Part shown: positions 39,481 to 50,495 of the stretch, piece after piece
Layout: the number at the start of each line of letters is the position of its first letter
Numbering within the stretch: position 1 is the first letter of the stretch
Assembly: GCF_023055435.1 (NCBI RefSeq)
Contig: NW_025964361.1
Span: 58,714,001 to 58,778,000, forward strand
Direction: 5' to 3'
DNA from: Haliotis rufescens
Taxonomy: Eukaryota
DNA length: 64,000 nt
Notes under the pieces: generated by a model
Told to the model about the DNA's origin: nothing
The model's input: the letters and a program-made list of their open reading frames with translations, nothing else
Databases searched by the model: none
Position numbers and translations under genes: made by a program

Positions 39481-40477
39481 TGAGCGGTGGAGGAACGCAG
39501 TGTACATAAACCCGGAAGTTTTCACGATGGTTTTCCTGCTGAACGTCAATAATCGGCTCCAAGAAATGTTAAACATTACAAGAAATACTAACTCAACGGA
39601 AGGTTTGCTCTCGAGACTTTAATCAAACAGACAATATAATGAATCCATTATTCTGATTTTAAAATTTCCACTGAACCACAGTTTTAGAGGGATCAGATAC
39701 ATATTTGTTTTTCCGTATGTAAATATATGGATAATCATGTTTAGAAATATATCCCCCCTATAGCACTTCCTTGATACACCTTATCTGCTACTGTGATAAA
39801 TTAATGTATAAGTTGATCTTAATCAAGCGTGTATGGTCTAAAATACCCATGAGACCTCGTGCGAATAATATACAATACAAAACTCCAAATGTCACGGAGA
39901 AACAAGGAACAAATGTCCAGGTGAGGTGGGATGAAATGGCGTTTAACGTCACGTTAAAATTTATTGTACTTTAAAGCGACGTCAATATGTTTAATAGTGA
40001 TAACGCACTGAGATACATGTTCCATGCCTCAGTTTGACATAAATTTATGTACCTCTCTCCGATATCCGCTTAATGCCAAACAAGGTGACAACAAGCACCA
40101 CCCTTTAACGACGTGGTATGATGCGGCCGGGGATCGAACCACAGACCTCCCGCTCTACGGCCGGCGTTCTATCCACTAGACCAAGGAGGCCCATACGTCT
40201 AACAACGACCAAATGTGCTAACCCAACTGTGTTGCAAAAGGAACGTATTTCTTAAACATATTTTTTATTAATTGTAAGCAGCTGAATCTCTATACTTTTA
40301 CACAGCAGTAATTCAAAATTTACGTATCCTTTATATTTTTTTAACAAAATTAGTACATGCGTATTCGTGTGACTGGATTTCGGGTCCTTCATTTTATTGT
40401 CTAGTTTGTTTACATGCCGCCGTCGCATGGCAGGAGTACTGCTGGGCAGTGTGTGGCAACATTCCCATGCAGTTTTA

Positions 40478-40653
40478 CAGTAAAGTACGGTTATAACGAA
40501 CTCAAAGGGACTACTAATTTTAGTTCGTTATAACCGAAGTTCGTTATAAGCATATATACAGCATAACTACAGCAAATAGTCGGGACCAAAAAAGTAGGTT
40601 CGTTATATCCGTCAGTTCGTTATAAGCGTGTTCGTTATAACCGTAGTTTACTG
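40478..40653. mobile_element. Tc1/mariner (pogo/Tigger-type) MITE
   Basis: TA flanks, CAGT..ACTG ends, TIR cagtaaa..acggttataacgaa, and internal repeats of ttcgttata. Confidence 0.75.
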
Positions 40654-41156
40654 TATATAAGTTGTGTGAGTGGCGGATGCTACCGGAAGGGAAGGACATG
40701 CTCACCCTTTTCGCGAACACCCGGTGTGATTTTCGGTGACCCATCAATATAATTTCCACCGCTATTTTGCTCTTTACTTTCAATGGAATCTGTTTTTGCG
40801 GATAATCGAGACTGGTTGTTCTCTGGTGTTGACATTTTATATTGATATCACAACAAATTGCCATGAAACATCTGTTTCCTTTTAAATGGGAACTTGTTCT
40901 GACACGATTGATTCAGGCTATTTAAAACCCTCTTTGTTTATCGACAAATTCTTAGTTCACATCAAATATAACGTTAAAAGATGGTACTTGTTGTTAACCT
41001 CCCTGGCGCTCGGCATTAAGGAGTTAAAACTAGGACTGGTCGGATCGGAGACTGAGTGGGGTATTCATGTTAAACTGCGGCATGGTATCTCAGCGCGCTA
41101 GCACTATTAACCGACATCAGTCCGGACTAGTAAAAGCAGTCACACACACACACACA

Positions 41157-41204
<48 letters not shown>

Positions 41205-41433
41205 CACGCGCACACACACGTGCACGTTGCTTTATGAGTGCAATAATCTTGGACGCGACGTTAAATCCAATTTCACCTCACCACACGGTAAATATAACTA
41301 AAAAACGCAAATATAATATTAAACGGTAACTCTAATTACACAGAGAATATGACACATTTTGACACATGTCCAATAATACAACGCAAAAAGTTTGGATGGA
41401 AATATTTTCAGTTCCGATGCGCATCATTCCTGT

Positions 41434-44400
41434 TTAAGGAATGGTTTCGTAGACATGGCTGTCACTGACGGATGCTGGGTACTCTGATGCAGGGTGACGG
41501 GTCTCCTTCACCGACTGCGGGTCGACGTGAGCAGGTGAGGCTCTTCTGGATTTAGGGACATAAGCTGGCCCTGTGGGTGAGGTGGAGACCATTTGTGATG
41601 GTGGCGTGTACGGTGGCGCAGTCGGTGAAGATGATACAACTTTTGTTGGCGGCGAGTAGGGTGGGGGAGGATAAGCTGTTCCTGCTGGTTGGGGGACTCG
41701 TGGGTGCGGCTGAGATGCGAGATCGTAGCCTGGATTAAAGGCACGGTTTGCTGTACCTGGATCAAAAGGAATATATGTGTAGATCAAAACAGCGTCTATG
41801 TTAGCATATATTAGTATCTCTATACTGTGAAGCAGAATTCAGATAGAAATAAAATTCAGTTATNNNNNNNNNNNNNNNNNNNNNNNNNNNNNNNNNNNNN
41901 NNNNNNNNNNNNNNNNNNNNNNNNNNNNNNNNNNNNNNNNNNNNNNNNNNNNNNNNNNNNNNNNNNNNNNNNNNNNNNNNNNNNNNNNNNNNNNNNNNNN
42001 NNNACATCAGAGCATTTAATCAGGCACGTTTTGCACGTGCATTGGTTCTGTAATACCCTCAGGCGTGCCTTGACGCAGTCCAGTTCTGTTCAGGAACACT
42101 CTTACAGTGGAAAGAGTATAATATTACCCTGGGTCAAGTTCCAAACAACAAAAACTAATCGCCATGATCTTAGTTTAATATGGACTTCCAACAGTCGTAG
42201 CTCTTTGGTAAAAATGTAAACACACACAAGACGTATTTACATCTAACCATGGTTAGGAATGTGTTTAAATCCTAGACGAAATAACCATTTGGTGTGTTCT
42301 GTCTTAACACGTTTAGGGTCTAAACACATGAAAAGAACTATCGTTATAGCAGCCTAAACACCACCTAATCACAACATCCCCATAATCTAAACACGTTATA
42401 AATTACCTACGATGAATTTCAAGGGGGGTCTTCTAGTCTTTCCAATAATTACACACTAAACACGTTTAGCTGTTTAACACAGCCCTTATCATGTTTAGGA
42501 TCTAAACACTTTGTTTAAGTGTATAGATCGCCATGGCTCCAGGGCCTCGTTCCACAAAGCGATCTCAGCGCAACGACGATGGTTAGCCAATGTTAAAGTA
42601 TGCGATCACCTTAGCGCTGAGACCCCTCTAAATACCAGTTACAAAGCGTAGGTGTACGATATAATTTGTGAAAAGACCGTGCAGTCTAGACAGGAAAAGT
42701 TGTGTCAGGTTTCCATTCATATACGGATCCATATTACTCACTAATCAAGTTAAGTCTTTCAGAGCAATATTCGTCGGGTACAGAAACACTGGACAAGAAC
42801 ACCTTAATGGGAGACATCACCGAAATCAATGTTGTATGTATGTTGCAAAACGATCTTTCTGTTACAAATGAAAAAGAAATGGTTTTGAAAATGACGAAGG
42901 GAGAACTATTGTGATCGAGTGTTGCGTCACATGACTACGGCAGCAGGGTACGCCAAGGCTGCTGCTGGTCTAAGAGTCAAATGAAGCCATACGAAATGTC
43001 TCCCTCTCATTGTTGTACCGAAAGACCTAATATACATGCAGGAATTAAAGGCGTCTTAAATTACACATGATGCTTTCTAAGAAATAACCTCATGTGAACA
43101 ACACGTTTCACGGTAAACCAAAGGATAAAGCGCACTTTGAATGCATGGACAATACTTGTATTTCACATTTACCTACCCAAAAGCCTACATGAATTTTCAC
43201 GAAGTCACAAATAGACACATTTGTGCGGACACTTGATGTCGTCGCCTGACGTCAAGTGCGGTAGTTTCATTTATTCAAACGCCCATCCACAGTGCTCCCG
43301 ATATGTCATGACTAGTTCCCAAGAACTAAGCCATCATTAAGTACAGTGTTTACCTGCAGGTTTGATGTGCCGTTGGTGTTCTTGTCCCGCTTGACCTGGT
43401 TCTCTTCTAGAAGACTTCCCGCAGCACCCGCAGCACAGAGCGATGCCGACAATGATGGAGATGAAGGCGACAGCCCCTACTGCGATCCCTGCAACCGCGC
43501 CCGTGGACAAACCAGAGCTACACGTACAGGAAACAAGCTCTTGTCAGACACAGTGACGAGATGTACTCTGTAGGTAACGTTTAAGGACTTGACATACAAT
43601 GTCTAGCCTTAAACATCACCTTCATGTAACGAAATATTCAAACAAGAATGCAAAGGGGAGTATTATACTTCTTAAATACATTGGTACACTGTTTAAAGAC
43701 CTGTTGCTGCAAGGGGCGCAATATCCTACTCTTCACCCAGACGCTCTCTCGTGGAGAGTTTTGGAACAGCTGAGTGAGTGAGTTTGTTTTACGCCGCTTT
43801 TAGCAATGGTCTAGCAATATCACGGCACCAGAAATGGGTTTCACACATTGTACCCATGTCAGGTATCGAACCCGGGTCCTCGGCGTGAAGCGCGAACGCT
43901 TTAACAACTGTGCTATCCGACCGCCCTTGGATAAGCTGTGCAACGTATTCAATGTGCCCTTTATCTTCAAATCCCTCCGATTCGGATAGTCTATCAGTTA
44001 TATATCATCCCTTCACCTCAGCCTGACATGCCAATTGGCTCAATTACTCATAATACCCTCATATCATTTATGTCCACCTTGGGACACTGGTAAAACCCCA
44101 GTTGTCTAAGGCACCGCAAGTCGTGTCCAGACTTGCGTCACCATAAGCGTGTCAGAATCCTATGGTCGTGGGTTCCATTCCATCATTTCCTTGGACATAA
44201 GTATTGCTTTTTCAGTAGTGTGGGTTTCAGCAAGGAGGTTGCAGCAATCACAAGGAGGTTTTTCCCGCATTGACACAGTGAATACTGTTCAAAGTGGCGT
44301 TAGACCACTCACTCTCTGTTGGAAAAAGATAGTGACCTCATCCTGTCCTTTCTTACATTATTATAAAAATAATTGGCTAATGCCTTCATGATACGCCAGT

Positions 44401-47310
44401 CCCAAAGTAGAATATCATGGTCAATGCTTCTCTGAGGCACTGACACCACAGTGAAAACAGGTTCGTTGCTTTAATTCTAGGTCTTCTTATCCACCTGGAA
44501 ACTGGATAATTGTTCATGCGTCATGGTCGGCTATGACATTAACCCCGTAGACGTCAGCCAGTGCAGTCACGATTTATAGTTGCCTAATATTGTCATGTTT
44601 CTCAGTCAACACCCTCCCAAACATCAATGTGTCAAGTCATCTCATAATGACGTGTTTTAATACCAGTCATGTTTGTAATTGTCAGTTAGTTTCTACGGTG
44701 ATTCTCGACCGAGAGAGTCAGGGAAAGAGTGAATGTTGTTTTACGCCGATGTCGCATTACAATTATTTCATGGCAGATGTTAATGCAATGTCGCCCAGAC
44801 AAACGTCCGTTGATAAGGACCGTTGTATGAACTGCTTTTTCAAGGGTGTGATGACACACCGCCATCTTTGGAACCATCTGATTCGACAAGCATGGAGTTC
44901 TTGAGAATTTTTTGTTTGTTGTTTAACTCACCTCGTGGGGCAACAATGCTTCGAGTCTGGGCTTCCACAGCAACGGTCAGGACATGTCAGTTTCTTCTCT
45001 GACCCATAATTGTCTCTCCTCCCAGGGACAACATCAGTCGTTTTCTCGCGCTTGTAGCATTCTTCATACCCATATACTGAATAACATAAACCGCACATGT
45101 ACTCAATGATATAAATCATACATCTTGATACACAGCACATGTACTCAATGATATCAATCACACGTCTTGATACATATCACATGTACTCAATGATATCAAT
45201 CACACGTCTTGATACATAGCACATGTACTCAATGATATCAATCACACGTCTTGATACACAGCACATGTACTCAATGATATCAATCACACGTCTTGATACA
45301 TAGCACATGTACTCAATGATATCAATCACACGTCTTGATACACAGCACATGTACTCAATGATATCAATCACACGTCTTGATACACAGCACATGTACTCAA
45401 TGATATCAATCACACGTCTTGATACATATCACATGTACTCAATGATATCAATCACACGTCTTGATACATAGCACATGTACTCAATGATATCAATCACACG
45501 TCTTGATACACAGCACATGTACTCAATTATATCAATCACACGTCTTGATACATAGCACATGTACTCAATGATATCAATCACACGTCTTGATACACAGCAC
45601 ATGTACTCAATGATATCAATCACACGTCTTCATACACATATACTGAACCAGATACACCACACATATACTCAATGATGTTAATCATACGTATTCAGATTCA
45701 AAGTTGGAATGTCTTCTTTAATCATTTGTCATTTTTGTAAAAAACGACTTTTCATCATTTGAATGTAATACTTGATGGGAGACTACGGATGATACGGTGC
45801 CAGTGTCATCTTACTCATAAAGAAGGTGAGGTGAAATGGGGTTTAACGTCGTCTAAGACTATTGCACTTATATAGCGACGTGTGTGTGGTTGTGTGGCTG
45901 CTTGTACTAGTCCGGACTGATGCCGATTTATAGTGCTAGCTCACTGGGATACCATGCCGCAGTTTAACATGAATACCCCACTCAGACACAGTATACTGAC
46001 TCCGAGCCGACTAGTCCTTGTTTTAGCCCCTTAATGCCGAGCGCCAGACAGGGAAACAACAAGCACCATCTTTTAACGTTTCTGACGCGACCGGGGATCG
46101 AACCCCGGACCTTCCGCTCTCCGGGCGGACGCTCTACCACTAGACCACGGAGGCGGTCACTCTTAAAGAAGAGTTTCGAAAGAACGAATTTGGAAACCTC
46201 GGCTATAAATCTTGTTTCTTGCTCCTTTATTGGGCGGAATTTCAAGAACGAACAGCTTTACAGGGAAAGTCGGATAAGGGATGCAGCATGGCTGGCTGTA
46301 CCTACTTTTGCTGTATGAAAATAGTGATTGTCTACCTGTGTAATGTCTTGTGCAGTAAGTGATATAAAACGTTTTGTTTGTTTGCTTGTTTAACGCTAGG
46401 TTAACATACAATTCCCGAAATAATGTATTGCATAACGTTAACAAATATAATTCGGTAAAGGAGCAACCGAATACCACGGAATCCGCATAGAGCCAAAAAT
46501 GGGACGTTGGAGCTAGAACTGAAAAGTGGAGGAGTGAGTGAGTGAGAGAGTTTTCAGCCATATTCCAGCAATATCACGACGGGGGACACCAGAAATGGGC
46601 TTCACACATTGTACCCATGTCGGGAATCGAACCCGGGTCTTCGGCGTGTCGAGCGAACGCTTTAACCACTAGGCTACCCGACCGCCCCGAAAAGTGGAGG
46701 AACCCCCGCCATGCGCTAAATGAGAGATACATGGTAGTGAATGTTTTAACAAGAATAAGCCCTTGGGTATGTAAGAGAGACGAGTTTAAAGCCGCACTTA
46801 GCAATATAAGGGTGGCCTGTAAATCATCGAGTACAATAAACCAGTGATTTGTATTGTGGGCAACGATTCAAAACGTCGGAGTACGATACAATCATCCTTG
46901 TGTCAAGCTCTGACGACCAGATCCAACAGCATCTCTTACGACAAACACAGGTTGCGCAGAGGACGATTCTAAGCAGGAATCCCACAGGCATAAAGATATA
47001 ATATAGTCGGGAAATCAGTTACTAACTTATTACTGACCAATATTGTGTGAAGTATTTCACTGAACTGAACAGTGAACATCCTTTTTCTGTGATTAGTTTT
47101 TCCTTACTACATTGCGTTGCATATTCATTTACCGCAGATAACAACGTGACTGTGAGCGAGTGAGTGAGTGAGTGATTGTAAGAGGCAAGGAAACAATGCA
47201 TACATCAAACACATGACATTTGATAAATATTGATATGTGATATTTGAGGCATGCTACTCACAAACTGTGGTCAAGAGAGAGAGAATGAGAGCAGTCTTCA
47301 GGGAGACCAT
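41434..47310 (-). CDS. Gene E: CYYR1/Shisa-like single-pass membrane protein, 4 exons (47262-47310, 44932-45076, 43354-43517, 41434-41756), 226 aa
   Basis: 681-bp open CDS, phases 1/2/1. Signal MVSLKTALILSLLTTVLYG; ectodomain EECYKR...LTCPDRCCGSPDSKHCC; TM GLSTGAVAGIAVGAVAFISIIVGIALCCGCC, resembling the CYYR1 TM; PPPY tail ending SHVYETIP*. A small gap lies in intron 3. Confidence 0.88.
45092..45690. repeat. 42-bp minisatellite, about 14 copies (gcacatgtactcaatgatatcaatcacacgtcttgatacaca)
   Basis: Head-to-tail units abutting the gene E exon 2 acceptor. Confidence 0.95.
45824..46158 (-). mobile_element. SINE family 3, full length
   Basis: Same sequence family; lies in intron 1 of gene E. Confidence 0.85.
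46534..46688 (-). mobile_element. SINE family 1, full length, 13-bp TSD
   Basis: TSD gaaaagtggagga on both sides. Further copies at about 43771-43926 (-) and 63449-63612 (+). Confidence 0.9.
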
Positions 47311-48379
47311 CTTTGCCAAGTGTAAATATAAACTGTCCCTGACGCATGGTCTTGCTTTCAATAGGAGAGGTGACGTGGTTTGTCATGTGAACGCATTAAA
47401 GCACATCCACTAACCTGTAAGGACTATATTTAGTAGCCTCAGTGATGCATTAACTTTCAAATTCAATGTATGTTTTGTTATTCGGAAATATGTATGTTTA
47501 TTAAGTGTTTAACGTCGCAGTATTCCAGCTATAAGACGGCGGTTTGAAAATAATCGAGTCTGGACCAGACAATCAAGTGACTGACATCATGAGCATCGTC
47601 AAGTGACTGACATCATGAGCATCGATCCACGCAATTGGGATACAATGACATACATTAACCAAGTCAGCGACCCTGACCACCTGATCCCGTCAGTCGTTCT
47701 ACGGCAAGCGTATCGCCCCTTACGGCAACCGTGGGTTGCTGAAGGCCTATTCTAACCCGGATGTTTACGGGTGAGAGGTTCTTGAACACTTTGAAATTTT
47801 GAATGGTAATGTGCAACACACCATACAATCTGTACGTACTACACATTCTGTAGTACGTGAACATTAACATATTGAGCATGAATGCAGACATTTGTTAGAA
47901 GTGTCATGGCGGCGCCCACGACAGTTGTGCAGGTAAACAAGGACTCCGACCCGAGTTACAACAAATCGATTGTAATCAGATAACGCAACTCAGTACGCAA
48001 CTAGGATTTGATAAGAGTGAGTGAGTTAGGTTTAGCGCCGCTTTTAACAGTATTCCAGTTATATCACAGCGTGCCAGCTTAATGTGGGAGGAAAGCAGGT
48101 CTCAGACGTTTACCACTTCGGTGAAACACACGAGCACGAGTATGGTGTTAAACCTAGAAACATAATCGGGGCGATCCGGGATTCGAACCCACAATCATTG
48201 GTTTCTGGCGTGCCCAGGGGACGCAACTCTATAGCGAATGATTACCGTGTTTAAAGACTGGCGTATAGAATGGACAGTTTGGAAGGCTCCATTGAAAAGA
48301 GAATGGCTGACCTATACAAGAAAACAGAAATCCAAAATACATGTTGTAGACATAGAACTGTAGTAAGGGTGAGGTCGGA

Positions 48380-48645
48380 TTTCGGTTGGTTGGTTGGTTT
48401 GTCGTTTAACGCCGCACTCAGCAATTTTACATGACGGCGGTCTGTTAATAATCGAGTCTGGATCAGACAATCCAGTGATTTACATGAGCATCAATCCACG
48501 CAATTGGGACTGATGACGTGCATCACCCAAGTCAGTGAGCCTGACCACCCGATCCCGTTAGTCGCCTTTTACGACAAGCATAGTCGCCCTTTACAGCAAG
48601 CATGGGTAGCTGAAGACCTATTCTACCCCGGAATCTCCACGGATT
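48380..48645 (-). mobile_element. SINE family 4 (Nin/Deu-like core gcttgtcgtaagaggcgactaa, (AACC)n tail)
   Basis: Recurrent body ctggtccagactcgattatttacagaccgccgtcatatagctgg. Copies at about 5660-5860(+), 8385-8615(-), 16010-16140(+), 28900-29105(+), 47500-47772(-). Confidence 0.75.
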
Positions 48646-49519
48646 TCGGAACCTGGACGGATGGTCTGCTCTGAACACTGATCAGTGTTATTGAAAATTG
48701 TTAATTATAATATTTTAAGTGTTTGTGAAAGCTTTTAAAATATGATGAATTGCTGAGTGTTGATGGAATCGTTTCGGCTGAAATGAACTATTTGAAATCA
48801 TTTGTGATGTGATAGATGTCTCTACATTTGCAAGACTATGTAGTGAGGACGATGATATAATCCTGTCTGTACTACTTGGCGGTATGTCTGAGTGTGTTAG
48901 CTCTTTATCTCAAAGTCTATGGGGTGACCTTATGGTTATTGTGTCAAGATACTGTAGGAAATGGCTGTATCTGTTACAAAACAGTTATAAGAATGCTTGA
49001 TTGTCATGCATTTTGTAGTTATCATTTCTAATAATATTGTTCAATTGTACTACTGTACAGCTCTGTAATTATACATAATATCATATATGATATGTATCTT
49101 CAATATCTGGAGGAAATAAAGAATATCTATCTATCTATCTATCCATCAGGCAGCAGCTGCACAGTAGGGCTAAAAGTGCTCTGGTCGAGTGGAGGTTTTT
49201 TTCACTAAAAGGTTTCTGTGTTGACCTGCTGCAGACGCATGGGGGAGCAGAATAAAGCGAGTTGAGTACGGCACATCACAGCGAGATGTCCGACGAGTTG
49301 CAGCCCTTCCTCTGTTCCCTACCGAAGGGAGTTCAGGATACCTAGATCAAGATCACGAACACAAGTCCAGAATTCCAGCCGATGCCCCTCTTCAAAGTTT
49401 ATGTGACAACCACTTAAGGCTTGTGGGTTGAGGCTGCATTTGGATCATGGTGCCCGAGACCATGAATCTATCGATATCTCTACCAGCGCAACCTGCGACG
49501 CAAGGATAACCTCCATTGT

Positions 49520-49890
49520 GAAAGGAAAATCCAAATGTGTTGCAAAACAATCATATTTCTTAAACGGTATTTTTCTTCACTTATAAGACGCAGAATATCT
49601 GCACTTGTACACAGAGAACGAAATGTAGAATTAACACTAGTGTACAGTTCAATAAAACTAGTAAATGCGCTTTGGTGTGACCGTATTTCTGGCCCATCAC
49701 TTGATTGTCTGGTTTGTTTACACACCGCCGTTGCATGGACGGAGCACTGCTGTGCGGCGTCAGGCACAAACGCACACTTTATTATGCAAATTGAGCGAAT
49801 GGTGGGAGCTACCGGCAGGATAGGACATGCTTACCCTTGGCGCGAGCAGCTTGTGCCATCACTGATTTTCAGTGGTCTATTCAAGTAAGC
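49520..49890 (+). repeat. Dispersed repeat with a Penelope-like 3' terminus
   Basis: Related segments at about 34200-34447, 40220-40820 and 27290-27340 (reverse). The motif gctaccgg..ggacatgcttaccc resembles mollusc Penelope-like ends; the class is uncertain. Confidence 0.45.
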
Positions 49891-50495
49891 TCTCCACGGT
49901 TGCCTAAATGCAATATTTGTGATCAGATTCTGAAAACGTCGTCAACAACGTGATGAACGTCTAAGGGATATTGCTTCAAACTGGTCGAACTCAGCGAGAG
50001 ACAATATCCTCAATGTATCTCAGTTTCTGATTTGCATACTTTCCGACAGGTTTCTGCAGAAACAAAATGTAAATGATGGGCCCCGCACACGACACCCAGG
50101 TAAAGTAGGGAATATCGAACACAACAGATGATTATGGAAATACAACGAGGTATAGAGTGACAGTTATGGAAGGATAAGAAAGGGGAAGCCTTGTGTAATG
50201 TCCAAATGTTTCAACTCATTGTTCTGAACTTTGCCTCCCCATCTCACCCACCAAAGGCCACTTTGATATTAAACGTTGGACTTCAAAGAAGAAGCTGCTG
50301 GCTCTATTATAAGCTGAGTTTATATAACTGCATATGGGATTAAAACTGCAGGTTGGTTGATCAAGGGACTCATACAATTTTGTGAAAGTGTCATAGGTCA
50401 TTCCAGCTACTTCAATGCGTTTTGCTTATATACAGGAAATGCTCGGCTTGCTTATTTGGCTGTCTATTCCTTTGCTGAAAGACCCGTGAAGATTC

